Below are positions 93,470 to 107,100 of a stretch of DNA of 248,000 nt, piece after piece. The position numbers and the translations under genes are program-made. Where the stretch lies: NCBI RefSeq assembly GCF_000400465.1, contig NW_008806283.1, forward strand, positions 20,001-268,000, read 5' to 3'. The notes under the pieces are model-generated. The model saw nothing but the letters and a program-made list of their open reading frames with translations, ran no database searches and was not told where the DNA came from. Each line of letters begins with the position of its first letter. The stretch's first letter is position 1. The stretch comes from Wallemia ichthyophaga EXF-994 (taxonomy: Eukaryota > Fungi > Basidiomycota).

Positions 93470-95703
93470 ATGCATTTCCCATTTTCTGTTTTCATCGAAT
93501 TTTCATTTTCGCTTATCTTATCGGCGTCGCTTACGTCATTACAACCATCAAAAGACATTAAAGGAGATATGTTGAGCTGTATATTTGGCAGAAACCACAG
93601 CAGAACGGGCTTTACACCGCCCATTGAACACTTGCCCACGTTGGAGATCAAGGAGCCGCTGCAGACATCCCGCACAGAGCTCGATGAGAGACTTGCGGAT
93701 TTGAGGGAGCTGCTTATAGACAGCAAGCTGGACTACTACCTTATTCCCACCACTGATGCCCATGCTTCAGAGGAGGTAGCGGCTGCCGATGCCCGACTAA
93801 GCTTTGTATCTGGGTAAATCAACGGTTTACAAGACGCGAGCTATCCCTGACGCTCCCATAGCTTCACCGGCAGCTCTGGAATTGCGATAGTGGGTCAGCA
93901 CGCTGCACACCTATGGACCGACTCGCGCTACTTCATACAAGCAGAACGCCAACTCAGCGACGCGTGGACGCTGCACAAGGACGGGCTTCCTGGAGTTCCT
94001 ACGTGGCTTGAGTGGCTCAAGGGACTGTGCTGCTGCAGAATCGGTGTCGATCCGAAGCTGGTCGCATACACACAAGCACAGGCCATAGGTGACAACCTAC
94101 GTGAGTCAGACTGTGTGCTAGTCCATACGCACAACCTCGTCGACCGCATCTGGTACGACAGACCGCATCTGCCACTCAAGCCGCTTTTCGAGCTGAGAGT
94201 GCAGTTCGCGGGAGTTCATGCATCGCAGAAGCTGCACAGCGTCGATGCATATCTGGGTAGCAAGCGCGCACTCATCGCTACCGCTCTCGACGATGTGGCC
94301 TGGACGCTTAATCTGAGGTGGGAGGGTGTGTGCTGGGTGACACACTAGCTAATCCGAATACAACTTCACTTGCAGATGCCACGGGAGCGTTCCTTTCAGC
94401 CCCGTATTCTACTCCTATCTCTTTCTCTCGCAGGCTAAGAAGATATTGTTCGTGCACAAGCAGCAGCTCACTAAGGACGTCAGCGCATACCTGCACGAGC
94501 TGGGCGTCGAGGTTGACGATTACGACGCTGTGGACAGCAGGCTGAAAGAGGTGTCAGAGGGGTTCACTACGGTGCTCGCATCCCAGTCTGTCTCCTATGC
94601 CGTAGCAGCCGACTGCACATTCGAACGCATCAGGACTACCACCTCGCCTATCACGCTGTGGAAAGCTGTGAAGAATGAAACGGAGCTGCAGGGAGCTCGC
94701 GAAGCATACAAGCGAGATGGACTAGCTTTTGTCCGTTTCCTCGCATGGCTCGATGGACAGGTCAGAGCGGGAAACCCCAACCTCACCGAGTGGACAGTCA
94801 GTGGCAAGTTTGACGAGTTCAGGAAGGCGTTGCCCCTGTTCAAGGGTCTGGCGTACGAGAACATCTCTGCAACAGGCGCCAATGCAGCTCTGCCTCACTA
94901 CGCAGCTGGTCCTGATGCTCCCAAACTCGATCTGAGCACGCCTTACTTGAAGTAAGGAGACTCTTTGCAATGCATACGCAGCTTTGTTCGCTTTGCTCAC
95001 ACACCTCAGTGACTCTGGCGGACAGTATCTTGATGGGACTTGCGATACTACGCGCACTGTCCACCTGGGCACCCCGACAGCTGAGCAGAAGGTAGCGTTC
95101 ACGCGTGTCCTCCAGGGACACATCGCCATAGACTCGCTCGTCTTCCCTGAAGGCACGACTGGTGGCCATATCGACGTGCTCGCGAGACGTCCACTGTGGC
95201 GTGAAAACCTCGACTATGGCCATGGCACTGGGTGTGTGGGGCTTTTTTTTTTGTGGTTGCACCTGCTCACAACTCAATACAGACACGGCATAGGCTCGTA
95301 TTTGAACGTACACGAGGGACCACATGGGATTAATAAGGGTGTGACATTCGCTGAGCACCCACTGCGTATCGGTTGCATCAACTCGAATGAGCCTGGATAT
95401 TGTGAGACGTGAATTTTTTATCGATAGTATAACCACTCACGAGAGCTATCTACAGACGCCGAGAACAGATTCGGAATGCGCATCGAGTCTGTCGTCGCAG
95501 TTCAGGCGGCTGAACAAGAAGGTTGGCTGAAATACGACCGCTTGACTCAGGTTCCGATCGACAAACGTCTCGTCGACTTTGGGTTGCTGGACAAGTCAGA
95601 GAGGAATTGGCTCGAAGCGCACAACCAAGATGTCAAGAGAATGCTGTTGCCAATGCTAGATAAGTCTGAGACACTCGCGAAAGAGTGGTTGGAGAGGGTG
95701 TAA
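93470..95703 (+). CDS. Xaa-Pro aminopeptidase (M24B)
   Basis: [33 protein letters not shown]. Confidence 0.92.
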
Positions 95704-95799
95704 TGACATGATGAATCAAGTGTACATGCTATGCTACAATAACAATCTTTGCTTTCACAAACTCGCTTTCGCACCGCTTGCCATAGTCACGCGCTCAAT

Positions 95800-96693
95800 T
95801 TCGGGTATCTGATCAGGCGCATCGATGCGAAAATGCGGGATAGTGTCGAATGCTATAGAGGCCACACGAATCATAACACGTCTGCAAGGTCAGTCTGTGA
95901 GTAGATGAATCAGGCACACACGTAACCCACGCTGTGAATCCCAGTATCGGCTTGACGCCATTTCGACCAGTTTCGAAGACGTGTTTGCGGAGGTGGTGAG
96001 AAGGTGCGACTGGGTCTATGTCGTCGAAGTGCTGCGTGCGAGAGCGGGAGTGTGAGTGTTAGTGGTGATGTGAGGACTACAACCCACCCAGTGATAGATA
96101 TCGTCCGGGCTCTCGAGGTGCTTCAGCCGTAGGAGAAGGCTGTCTGCTTTGTGACAAAGGAAAGATTGGAGGGGATGAGAGAACAGCCTCTGCACTGTAA
96201 TGTGATCAGTGGAGTATCACCAACATAGGCACACACCCTCATCCTCATTCAACATCGGCACCAACGCCCTATCGGTAATGAGACATACTACCGGCCACAC
96301 TGTCAGCGCCGACGCGTTCGAGTATGCGAGGTGGGGCGGGAGCGTGGCCACATAGCGCACGCGCTGCAAATCACTACGCGGCAAACCTACCTCCTCTTCC
96401 GCTTCACGACGAGCTGTGTCCTCTGGAAAAATATCTTGCTCGTCGCGCTTGCCGCCTATTAGACAGGTATCGGATGGATATGCGCTGAGTAGCGGGCTCC
96501 GTTGGGATAACAAGACGTGGAGATCAGAGAGACGCCCTACAAATATCGCTACCATTACAGCCGCATGCTTGCCCGTGGATGACGAGGGATAGCGCGTGCG
96601 CGGGATGGATGCTTCCGATAGTCGCTGCAAGTAGCTGCATCCCTGAGCGGAGGCAGAGATAACACAATAACACCCACGCCTTCGAATTTTCAT
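95800..96693 (-). CDS. PCD1: Nudix CoA pyrophosphatase
   Basis: GGKRD..TARREAEEEVGL Nudix box. Confidence 0.8.
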
Positions 96694-96847
96694 TCAGTCC
96701 GGCCACGTCGTCCAGTTTGAGAGAATGTGCGTGTGAGGTCATCGACGTTCTTATCAGGGATGGTGCACATTTTAATCGTCATCGTTATTCTTACAATACA
96801 TCAAAACATAAAGAATAAGAAAAAAACATTTACAAATCCTACTGCAG

Positions 96848-97984
96848 TCACGCAACAAAAACAGCAGGATCGACGCGTGCATCCTCAACGCATCTGTCGA
96901 AATACCGTTTCCTCAACTCTGCATCCTCAGCCTGTTTTACCAGCTCAATCTGTGCATACTCATTCCAGTAAGCGCCTCCAGGTAAATTTTCTTTCGGTTC
97001 ACTTGCAAGATGCAAACCCGGCGCAGCGCCTTCTGCTGGCGTTCTTCCAAAATAGCTCATAATGTAAGTAAAGGGGTAGGTAATGAGCCAAGAGACCCCA
97101 TAGTGCGCCTTATCGGTGATGGTAGTGTTGACCGCGCCTGGATGGTATACCCCGACCCAAATGTGCTTGTCAGCAAGGCGCTGCTGCAGTTCTTTTACTA
97201 CCACGTTCAACAGCAGTTTCGAGTCGGCGTAAATGGCGAAAGCGTTGATAACATAGCCATAAACGTTCCAGCTGTCCCTAAGCGGAGTCCTCTTGTTTGG
97301 AGGTGGGCGACTGGGCAGTGAGGTGAACATATATGCACCAGAGCCAGTAAAAATGATACGCGAGTCTGTTGAGTTAAGACAAGGCAAGAGGTGGCTAATC
97401 AAGGCAAGATGACCGATCACATTACATGCATACGTCATCTCAAGCCCGTCTGCACTGCTGCTCGAGGCCGTGTTGGGCGATATGAGACCTGCGTTCAAGA
97501 ACAGCGTGTCGATTGTGCGCGCGTCTTCTGCCTGCTCAGTCCAGCGCTGGCCGAAAGAACGGACTGAGTTGAGAGAAGAGAGGTCGATTTGCCACAAGTC
97601 AACAACCAAGTCGGGGCACCTTTCTTTTATCTCAGAGCGTGCCGCTTCTCCTTTGTCCATCGAGCGGCAGCCCATCACAAGCCTCTTGACGCCACTTTGG
97701 GCGACGTGGTCACACATAGCCAATCCGATCCCAGCATTCGCGCCAATGCAGATTATCGTCTTTCCTCGAAAGGCGTTGCTGTTGATGTTGTTGATTTTCT
97801 TGTTACTATCCTTTTCGAATGCACTAAACATGGTGGTAATACTGATAGCGATGGATTGCTGACTTGAGATTACTTGGAGAAAAATTGAGTCAATTAATGG
97901 ATGCAATTGAGCATTTCGTACATATTCATGAACCTTTTCTGTTGTCATCTTAATCCCATGATTACCGAAACCAAGACCGGCCAT
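96848..97984 (-). CDS. Short-chain dehydrogenase/reductase
   Basis: GANAGIG, LFLNAG, YADSK, HPGAVNT. Confidence 0.88.
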   Translation of the reverse strand: MAGLGFGNHGIKMTTEKVHEYVRNAQLHPLIDSIFLQVISSQQSIAISITTMFSAFEKDSNKKINNINSNAFRGKTIICIGANAGIGLAMCDHVAQSGVKRLVMGCRSMDKGEAARSEIKERCPDLVVDLWQIDLSSLNSVRSFGQRWTEQAEDARTIDTLFLNAGLISPNTASSSSADGLEMTYACNVIGHLALISHLLPCLNSTDSRIIFTGSGAYMFTSLPSRPPPNKRTPLRDSWNVYGYVINAFAIYADSKLLLNVVVKELQQRLADKHIWVGVYHPGAVNTTITDKAHYGVSWLITYPFTYIMSYFGRTPAEGAAPGLHLASEPKENLPGGAYWNEYAQIELVKQAEDAELRKRYFDRCVEDARVDPAVFVA

Positions 97985-97999
97985 AACGCAGCCGATTCG

Positions 98000-98790
98000 T
98001 TTATTAACAATTTGATTAAAATAACAGCATCATCGTTCTCAAAATCACTCAAGCATTTCAAATACATCTCCATATATATCCTCCGCTCAATATCCATCGA
98101 GTATGATTTCTCGATTACCACCTATCTCATGTCAGACGGTGGATTTACGAGTTTTGATGATCTCTGAATAAAGCGCTTAACATATAGCCCTGAATTTTTT
98201 CTACATTTAAGTCACCAGAACTATGTTCCTGAGACTCCAGTTGTGCCCTAGAGGCTGCTCGGAAGTTGAAATCCGGCATCGCTCTGGAGCACGCTTCAGG
98301 ATAGACATGCGGAGTTTTTCGCGATTTATCGATAGACATGATTCTTTATAGCTGGTAGTGATCGCAAGAACCTAGTAATTCAAGTATTCACTCTTCTAGA
98401 CGCGATTTACGGGTTTCGACAAGTGGCGTCCACACGACTCAACTCTGGCTCCAGGGAAGTAATATTGTCATTCATGACTTTTCAACGACTATTGAATACA
98501 ATTTATCCAAAGAAAGTAGGGGTCAGCTAAACTCTAAAATCGGGGGTTTGGATTAACCCAGTGCATTTCGAGACTTCAAAAGAATGGATGTGATGGCGGT
98601 TAAGGCTGTACTGGAATCTTATATTGCAGGAATGTATAGAGATGCATTCGAAATCACCCTGAGACCTACCACATCTAGCTGGACTAGTGCAGAGCACATC
98701 ACCACGCTATCAATGACATTAACACTCTCGAATTGATCCAAAGAGCAATTCCTATAGAATGATACCCATGTTGCTCAAGTTTGAAGTCAT
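98000..98790 (+). repeat. Dispersed decayed gene family, copy 2
   Basis: Translates YVPETP..NPASLWSTLQD..FTLLDAIYGFRQ..TLKSGVWINPVHF with stops. Confidence 0.75.
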
Positions 98791-99389
98791 TAAGGTGCTA
98801 TGACAAAAACGTCATTGAACTCGTGTGTGCATTCCTTGGGCGTAATGCGTCAATAACAACTAAGAGATATCGGTAATAATGATTGAATATTATTCGAGAT
98901 TTAAAATAGTTGGAGAGAGCTTTGAGGGCTTTGGCACACTCGTGAGCGCACCTACTTGGCCCAGTGGTCTCTTTCTATTCGTGACACAAGACGTGGGGCA
99001 AAATGATTCTTAAACGGCAATATAACATATCTTATATCGATCTTATATCAATACTAGGGCTTCCAAGGGTGATAATTCTGCAATTGAGAAATTTTACTCA
99101 ACCAGCACATAAGTTATGTTCACAAGGACTTGCGACAGTTTTATCAAGTTTAAAGCGTTGAAATAGTTCGAATTGACTTACAGCATTTTAATTGCCAAAA
99201 AATATCCGCTGTATGTATGATGATGATGAAATCTGAATTCATTGCTAAGACCATACATGCTTAAAATTGCGTTAACCAATACTCATTGAAGCATGAGGAG
99301 TCAAAAATTCAGCTTGAGGCTGAGATATTAGATATTTAAGGTTCATTGTGAGCGGTATATAACTGCTTCCAGGACAACCGAAGCCATCT

Positions 99390-99470
99390 GGTTTTGTAGT
99401 GTAGCGGTTATCACCGTGGATTTTGACGCAAAGACTTCCATTAACCCCGGTTCGAATCCGGGCAAGACCT
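99390..99470 (+). tRNA. tRNA-Gln(TTG) with 9-nt intron
   Basis: GGTTTTG/CAAGACC acceptor, GTGGA/TCCAT anticodon stem, intron 99427-99435, GGTTCGAATCC T-loop. Confidence 0.92.
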
Positions 99471-99743
99471 TTTGTATTTTGCCTCACTAAATTTTGCCCC
99501 ATTTTTCCTTACATCTAGATCCTTTTAGGAGATTTACGAGCTCAAGAGATGATTCCATAAAGTTGATGAATAGATGTCTGCAGATGAAGAAGACAAAGAC
99601 AAAGCGACAGGCGAGTTTGAGGGGAATGGGGAGAAGAAGAGCAAGAAATTTGAAAAAGTGAAAGGGAGTGTAAACATGATTAAGAAAAAGGATAAAAAGG
99701 GATAAATGACGGATAAAAGCACGACGCGGGATGAAGAGGTACA

Positions 99744-100169
99744 ATGAGAATAACCAATTTGATAGGAATATTGATGGTTTGGATTGGAATGGTATTAGGA
99801 GATACGGAAGTGATGAATTTAAGGTTTAAAGAGGGTGGTAGAGTGGGTGGAGTGGTGTTAACTGAGGATATCCATTACCCGATAGAAGTACAAGCAGAGG
99901 GGAAGAAGTGTGAGACTTATCAATTAAAAGGGTTCACAGAGGGAGAATTATTGAGAGTGAGAATGAGTTGGATTGGAAGTGTTCCAGTTAATATCATTGG
100001 GAGAGTATTAAATGGTGGATTCGATATTTGTTACAATACTAATGAATCAACGACAATACACTTGACAGTAGAGAACGCAATTTACAACAAATTTAATTTT
100101 ACAATTATTTCAATCTTATCTGCATTCGTCATCGTATTCTCGACTCAAAATGGGCAATTCAACTTCTAA
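99744..100169 (+). CDS. Hypothetical protein with signal peptide
   Basis: Hydrophobic N- and C-termini. Confidence 0.45.
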   Translation: MRITNLIGILMVWIGMVLGDTEVMNLRFKEGGRVGGVVLTEDIHYPIEVQAEGKKCETYQLKGFTEGELLRVRMSWIGSVPVNIIGRVLNGGFDICYNTNESTTIHLTVENAIYNKFNFTIISILSAFVIVFSTQNGQFNF

Positions 100170-100662
100170 AGCGGTGAGAAGACTCCCAAAAACTCAATCA
100201 AAACAAGTACCGAAGGCAACTGAATCTTTAGATAGATTGAAGAATCCTAGCACTTCACATGATGAGCCACACACAAAACCAAATGCAGCCATGAAAGATG
100301 GCCAAGATCCAGATTTTATGAATAATTTGTCAAAAATTGATCCAGTTAAGATTGAGAAAGCTCAAACAAATTTTAGACCTTCAGATAAGATGATCAACAT
100401 TTTGAGAGGCAGGAAGGTGGAGAGCGAGGTGGATAACGCAGCAATGGCGTATAATAGGCTATCTCCTCAGTCTTTGTTGGTTTACTTGGAGGAGCGTAAG
100501 AATGGCGGTGATGTTGGGCAGCTTAATAGATCATTCAACGTTAACGACAGTGACGCTGAAATCATTGAGAAATACACAGCAGCACCAACAACAGGCACTC
100601 CGTTTACAGTCAAAGTCGATGAAAATTCTGGTGAAATCCAAAGAGTCATCGTATCTTTGTAA
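100150..100662 (+). CDS. Hypothetical protein
   Basis: MGNSTSK myristoylation-like start. Confidence 0.5.
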   Translation: MGNSTSKAVRRLPKTQSKQVPKATESLDRLKNPSTSHDEPHTKPNAAMKDGQDPDFMNNLSKIDPVKIEKAQTNFRPSDKMINILRGRKVESEVDNAAMAYNRLSPQSLLVYLEERKNGGDVGQLNRSFNVNDSDAEIIEKYTAAPTTGTPFTVKVDENSGEIQRVIVSL

Positions 100663-100857
100663 TCTCTTTGCCCAGATTTAATTAGTTACGCACGCACAGA
100701 TACACGTTCAGCCAAACAGAGACAGCTACAGCCTTGTATAATTATATTTGAATTTTATTTTATTTGAGTATTCCGCGCAGTCTCGATCAAATCGATCGAA
100801 GCGCTTTTAATAGAATCCCGCTTCAGCCACCATTCCTCTTAATCCACAACTTCCATT

Positions 100858-102050
100858 ATGGTCCTCCTTAAAACAGCAACAACGCTGCTCGCTGCAACAG
100901 CCGCTTACGCTTGGAACCACACGGCATCTGATGTTATCGCCACAGGAAGTTAGTCCCGCTTCTGTACCACTTGTGACACATCCTTACATGTCAAACAGCA
101001 ATGGGTACCACCAACCCTCCAGAGGCAACGATGGGCACAGAACTTAACCAAACCTCGGTAGCCCGTCTTGTCTCCATTAACTCCATCGACGATTTCTGTT
101101 TCTTCGGTCCAAAAGAGGCAAATGTAACCATCGGTGACACTGAAGGTGAACAAGTCGCCTGGTGTACTAAGCCACGTAACAACGCACGTGTTATCCCAGA
101201 TGGCACTATTACCTCTACGCACTTTGTTAAGACCCCCGCTTACGTCCAAGTTTCTGGGTGAGTTGTGGTGTCTCGGTAAGTAATTTTGCTAAAACAACTT
101301 AGTTTCGGTGATTTGACAAAGATCGGTGTTAAAGACGGTGACTACGGTGGTGAGCTTGACCCACACGGTGCTACTGGCGATGGTAACCCAGTTGGTGGTA
101401 ACGTTACTTCGGACATTGTCAACGGTACCTCTACTTCTTACGCTGAGTGGATGGAATTCATCTCATACGAGCAATTCTGTATCAGAATTTGTACAGCAAG
101501 CAACGACACTTGGGGTGCTCCAGTCATGTGCGAGCACAAATTAGATGAAATGGGTTGCGGTTTCGTTATGCCAGATGCAGGTGACAGTGATGTCTTTGAG
101601 ACCTGTGATGCTGACGTTGCTTACCCACCTGGTGTTTACCCTATAGATGGCTCTTACTCCACTTTCGCTCAAAGATACACTGGTAGCTACTCCTCAGGTA
101701 CCACTGGTGCCATGGTCGGATACACTGTCGGTGTTACTGACACTCCAACCGCCGCACAAATGACCCCATCCTCATCCAACTGTGTCACTCAATCATCCCT
101801 TGCTGGCAACAACGTCGATGTCTCAGCTACTGGCGTCATTGAAGATAACAGAGACGACGATTCGGACTCAAACAGTGACCCTGACAGCAATAAATCCGAC
101901 AAAAGCAACCCTGACGGCAACGATGGTGGCTCCACCGGCAGCGGCCAAACCAGCGCCAACGCTGGCGACGGCGATTCTAGCGCTACCACCTTCACTGGTT
102001 TCGCCACCGTCTCAGCTATCGCTTTGGCTGTGCTCGCAATTGCCCTCTAA
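100858..102050 (+). CDS. Secreted GPI-type mannoprotein (MP88-like)
   Basis: INSIDDFCFFGP, WCTKPRNNARVIPDG, GGELDPHG, S/T tail, hydrophobic end. Confidence 0.8.
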
Positions 102051-102677
102051 GATAAATTGACTTTTGCTAAGACATGAGTGGGACGCTCTGTCTGCTTTCA
102101 CAACCTATTTTATACTTTCTTGACCATATAACAACATCCGATTGCACTGGATAAACAGAACAATGAAATCTTGTTTCTTTATACACGTTCACTCATTATT
102201 GACGAATTTTATTGTGCAATTCTTGTCGACATATCGTATTCACAGTCTATCGAGCTGAGCGTTGTTTGGTTGATACAATTACTCATGGCATGTACACTTG
102301 ATTTATCATGTCATATTACACCCGTGAGTGTCTCAGACTTATCTAGCATTGGCAATATCATTCCCTAGACATCTTTGTCATGCGCTTCGAGCCACATCTT
102401 CTCCGACTTGTCCAGCAACCCAAAGTCGATGAGACGTTTGTCGATTTGAACCTGAGTCCAGCGGTTGTATTACAGCCAGCCTTCTTTTGCGGCCGCCCGA
102501 ACAGCGACGACAACCTCGATGCGCATGCCGAATCTCTTCGCATTCTCGTGTCCGCTGAATAAACCTACTCGACGCGCTAATACCAGACTAAAAGTGAGAC
102601 TAATAAAATTGAGTAGATATAAAAGTCAAAAACGCTCCTGATATAATACTACAATCAAACACACTTTGAATCTCACA

Positions 102678-103039
102678 ATGATTGCTCAAACTGTCTTCGC
102701 TGCTGCCCTCGTCGCCTCTGTCTCAGCTGGCTGGGAATCCAAGACCGGCTCATGTAACACTGGTAAACTCTCGTGTTGCGATTTGAACAAAAAGGTTCAA
102801 AAGTCAACCGGTGAAGAATCAGGCCTCCTCCACACTGGCGACGTTCTCGACCAAGTCGGTGTTCAATGTACTCAAGTCCCCCTCTTGATCGGAGTTGCTA
102901 TAGAGGGTAAGTAGATGCTCCTGTTTCACAGCACAATTAATAGCCCACAGATGAATGCAAAAACACTCCCACGTGCTGTGAAGACGTCAAGGAAGATGGT
103001 CTCGTTGGTGTCAACTGCACTCCAATCCCTCTCATTTAA
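102678..103039 (+). CDS. Class I hydrophobin
   Basis: Signal, 8-Cys pattern C-CC-C-C-CC-C across intron 102907-102950. Confidence 0.92.
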
Positions 103040-104125
103040 TAGGTCGTTTACCTTAATTTGTTTAATTTACCATTAGATAGCAATCAATATGCGTTATTTA
103101 CTTCGATGTCTTGTTATTATTCACTTTAGTGCACCTACGAAAAGCACTACAAATGGTCGATTAATCTGATAATTATAATAGTGCATAGCCCATGGAATAA
103201 TGGCGTTTACGCCACCGAGCCTGCTTTAGCTGCTGTTGCGCAGTTTGTGTTATGCACGGCAAGTGATTTTGAGTTGAAAAATAGATTCGAAGTCCACGGT
103301 TATATTATTTTAATCTCTGAATCTACGAAGCCTCAACCATCTCTCCACAATCATTATCAATTTCCCCCAAATGCACCTGGTAAAGTCGAGCTTCCAGTTT
103401 CCAGAGTTGAGCTGAACCCCAATTTTACACTTCAAAGTGAGAGGAGAGTCAAAAATATCTTAGCTTTTCCTCGGTGCTAGGTTTGAGTCCTGTGGTCCGT
103501 AGACCTTGGAAAGCAGAACACGCGTCTAAAAAGGTGAATACTTGGATATTTGGGCATAAGCGATACCTGTCCGCTCTTTACGCTTATAGACAATGAATTT
103601 GCGCGCAATTTCCTGCGTTTGCTCGGTTTCGTGCTCCATAGTGATGCTGAATCCAACTTGTGCCTTGCCTTAATAGCAATAACAGAACCGAAAAGCTTTG
103701 AATTTTGCAACCTTCTTAAAGCTCGCCCAGAGCTATGATGGAATTCCTTTTATTTGAAGATTTCTTAAAGAGGAATCGCCTATGTTCATCTCAGCCCTTT
103801 GTTGGCCAGTTGAAGATCAAGTTGAGCTGATTTCATCCACTCAAGTCAAGCAGAAATCAATTCATTGAAAATGCTAAACTGAACAAACAACAAACCTATT
103901 TAGAGCACAAATAAATGTCTAATAGGTGATTATAAAAATATACATCTGTAAGTGGAACATAAACTAAATTGCAAGTATTTGCATTTAACGAGTGAGCAAT
104001 TATTATACTAAGAACAGAGTCAGCTATGATACGGCTGCGCATATACCATTACTTACCTAGGTATATACACGAATTAATAAAAACAAGTAACGAGAGTAAT
104101 AAGTCTGGGGTATTAACATACGCGA

Positions 104126-107100
104126 TTAGCGTGGTTGAGATGGCAATGGCGGTGGGGCAAAGTTTACTGGTGGCTGCCAGCTAAGCCAAGCTGGTGGTGG
104201 TGGTTGGGCTGGATCTTTTGGCTTGTCATCCTTTTTGTTGTTCTCTTTGGCAGGTGGTGCACGAGGATTGTAATCAACCTTTGGCGGAGGTGGTGCGCCG
104301 TTGCCCTGCTTTGACTTGATGGCGAATAATTCACTAATTTCGTGTTGAAGGCCTCTCTTTTGTTCTCTGAGATCGCCAATTTCCTTCACCAAGCCTCGTA
104401 CTTCTGGCAACAGTTGCTTCTTAAACTCATCAACAGCTGTATCGATATTTCCTTTCATAGCAGTAGCATTAGACTTTTCGACGCTGCCAACGGTACTTCT
104501 ATGTTGAGATGTGTTATGCAGAATAATATCAGATGCAACGACCTTTAGCAATTTGCTGTTTTCATCATTTTGATGCTCTATCATATCGCGAATGTCCTGT
104601 AAAGTTGGCTTTGAAGAGGCCTGCTTTAGTCTATCTGCTTCAGCGGTCGTAAATGACGTTAATTGCTTGAGCGAATCAGCAATTAACTTGTGGTGTTCAT
104701 TACGCATCTTGTTAACATCTCCCAGCTGAGATTCTAGTTTCGATCTCTCAGCTTCAGCATCCTTTACTTTCTGCTGTAACTCAGCCTTCTCCTTTTCTGC
104801 ATTTTTATTTCTCTCTTCAGAGAGTGCCCTTTCAACAGCAAGTATTTCATTCAGTTTCTGTGAAATTGTGAGTAAAAAGAACGGCTCCCTTTGGAAAATA
104901 CCTACGCTGTGAGCATCATCACGTTCCTTTGATGCAGTGTTTGCCTTATCCTCAAGAGCACCTCTTTCAGCATCGCTCATTCCAGTAGCTGGTGCTTCCT
105001 TGGCAGCCTCCTTTGAAGGCTCACCAGGGAATGCTTTACTGAGGATATCCAAGATAGAATCAATACCAGGATCGCGACGATGTTGACCATTGGTAGCATC
105101 ATTGAGCACATTTTCCACCTTCTGGGCGGCTTCTGGAAGATCAGTAGAGTTTGGATCCGCAGATCCTGCGCCTGGTGTTTGAGGTACATCACTGAGTGCT
105201 CTGGTGGTACCTGCTGGTGAAGGGCCTTTGGTACCTGGTTCAAAAGCAGCGGCTTCGTCAGGAGCTTGTGAAGCATCGCCAAATGTTGATGGATCGCCTC
105301 CAGTGGCGACATCTTGTACCTTGTCGACAGGATCCTCAGAGCCTGGCTCAGTACCAACATTGCCCATGCTCATGGTTTCACCATCTCCAGAACTGTCCTT
105401 TTTGCCCTTCTTGCCTTTACTACCCTTTCCACCTTTTCCGCCATTTCCACCGGAAACTGGAGCAGAGCCATCAGCAGCTGGAATGTCAGCAACTGGTGGA
105501 GCACTGTCATCGCCTGAAGCTTGAGGAGCGTCACTGAACGCATTGTCCTTGGCTGGTGAGCCTAATACTGGATGTACATGGTTATCACCTGGAGCTTGAG
105601 GTGCGTCACTGAGTGCTCTAGTAGTACTCGCTGGTAAGGGGCTTTTGCCGTTCGCGTCAGAGAAACCTGGTGGGATTTCATTCGCGGTGGCTTCTTGTTC
105701 GGCAGGAGCTTCAGCGTCTGGCTCAGTGCCAACTTTACCAATGCTGTTGACCTCATCGCCCTTTTTGCCCTTGCTACCCTTTCCACCTTTTCCACCAGCA
105801 ACTGGAGCAGCGCCATCACTCGCTGGCGTTTCAGAAACTGGTGGGATACTGTCACCACCTGAAGCTTGCGGAGCATCACTTAGCACGTTATCGTGTGCTG
105901 GCGAGCCTAACATAGGAGGGAAATTAGCGTCTTCTGGAGCTTGTGAAGCATCGCCAAGTGCTCTTGTGGAACCTGCTGGTGAAGGGTCTTTGACGTTTGC
106001 GTCAGGATATTCTGCGGTGATTTTGTCTTGTGCTTGGTCAGAAGGAACTGCAGCGTCTGGTTCACTTCCAATATTGCCCATACTCCTGACTTCGCCATCT
106101 CCGGCACTGTCCTTCTTGCCCTTCTTTCCTTTTCCTTTCTTTCCACCTTTACCACCGGCTATTGGAGCAGCGCCATCAGCACCTGGCGTTTCTGCAGCTG
106201 GAGGAACACTTCCATCGCCTGGAGCTTGTGAGACATCACCGAGCACGTTGTCATGGGCTGGCGAACCAAACATGGGAGGGAAACTGTCATTCGCCGAGTC
106301 TTGTGGGGCGACGCCAAGTGCACCGGCAGTATCTCCTGGTGAAGGACCTTTACTTCCTGGTTCAGCAAACTTAACATTTCCAGGTTCTTGTGGAGCATCG
106401 CCAAGCGCTCTAGTAGAGCCTGCAGGTGAGGGTCCCTTACCATTTGAGTTGGAGTCACCTACTAGATTCCCACCAGCAGCGGCTTCTTGTTCAGCAGGAG
106501 GCGCAGGGGGTGCAACGTCTGGCTCACTCCCAACATTGCCCATGCTCCTAGCTTCTCCACCTCCACTACTGTCCTTCTTGCCTTTCTTGCCCTTACTACC
106601 CTTTCCACCTTTTCCACCGGCAAATGGAGCAATTCCATCAGCGTTGCTCCTGGCTGGGGAGCCGAAGACTGGAGATACGCCAGGCTGAAGACTGAGAGGT
106701 ACATCATGTTGTTGATCACCACCCGGAGTAGGCAGACGCGTGATTTCTGCGATTCTTGTTAATCATTGCTACGCTAACAAGCTTTACGTACCATTTCCAG
106801 CAGCATTTTGTGGTTGAGCATCTGAGTTTTGTGGCGCATCACCGAGGGTTCCTGCCTCACCAGCATGATTTCCCGTGGGAGATTGAGAGCTATTAGGCTG
106901 AGAAGCATCACCGACGAATGGCGGATCAGCTGGTGTTTCAGCTTGAGGAGCGATACCTCTATCAGACTGTGGAGGAGCTTCACTAGCTGCTTTCCCAGGT
107001 TGAGGAACATCACTGCCGACCGAAGCATCGTTTGCGGCAGTGCTTGGAGGAACAGTGCTTGGAGGGGCGGCACTACCAGGAGCATTACTAGAACCCTTAC

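Noticed and set aside
104048-104070. ACTTACCT resembling the U1 snRNA 5' end
   Set aside because: No following U1 stem-loops or Sm site.
105645-106688. 347-aa plus-strand ORF
   Set aside because: Antisense shadow of the repeat region of the large minus-strand gene.
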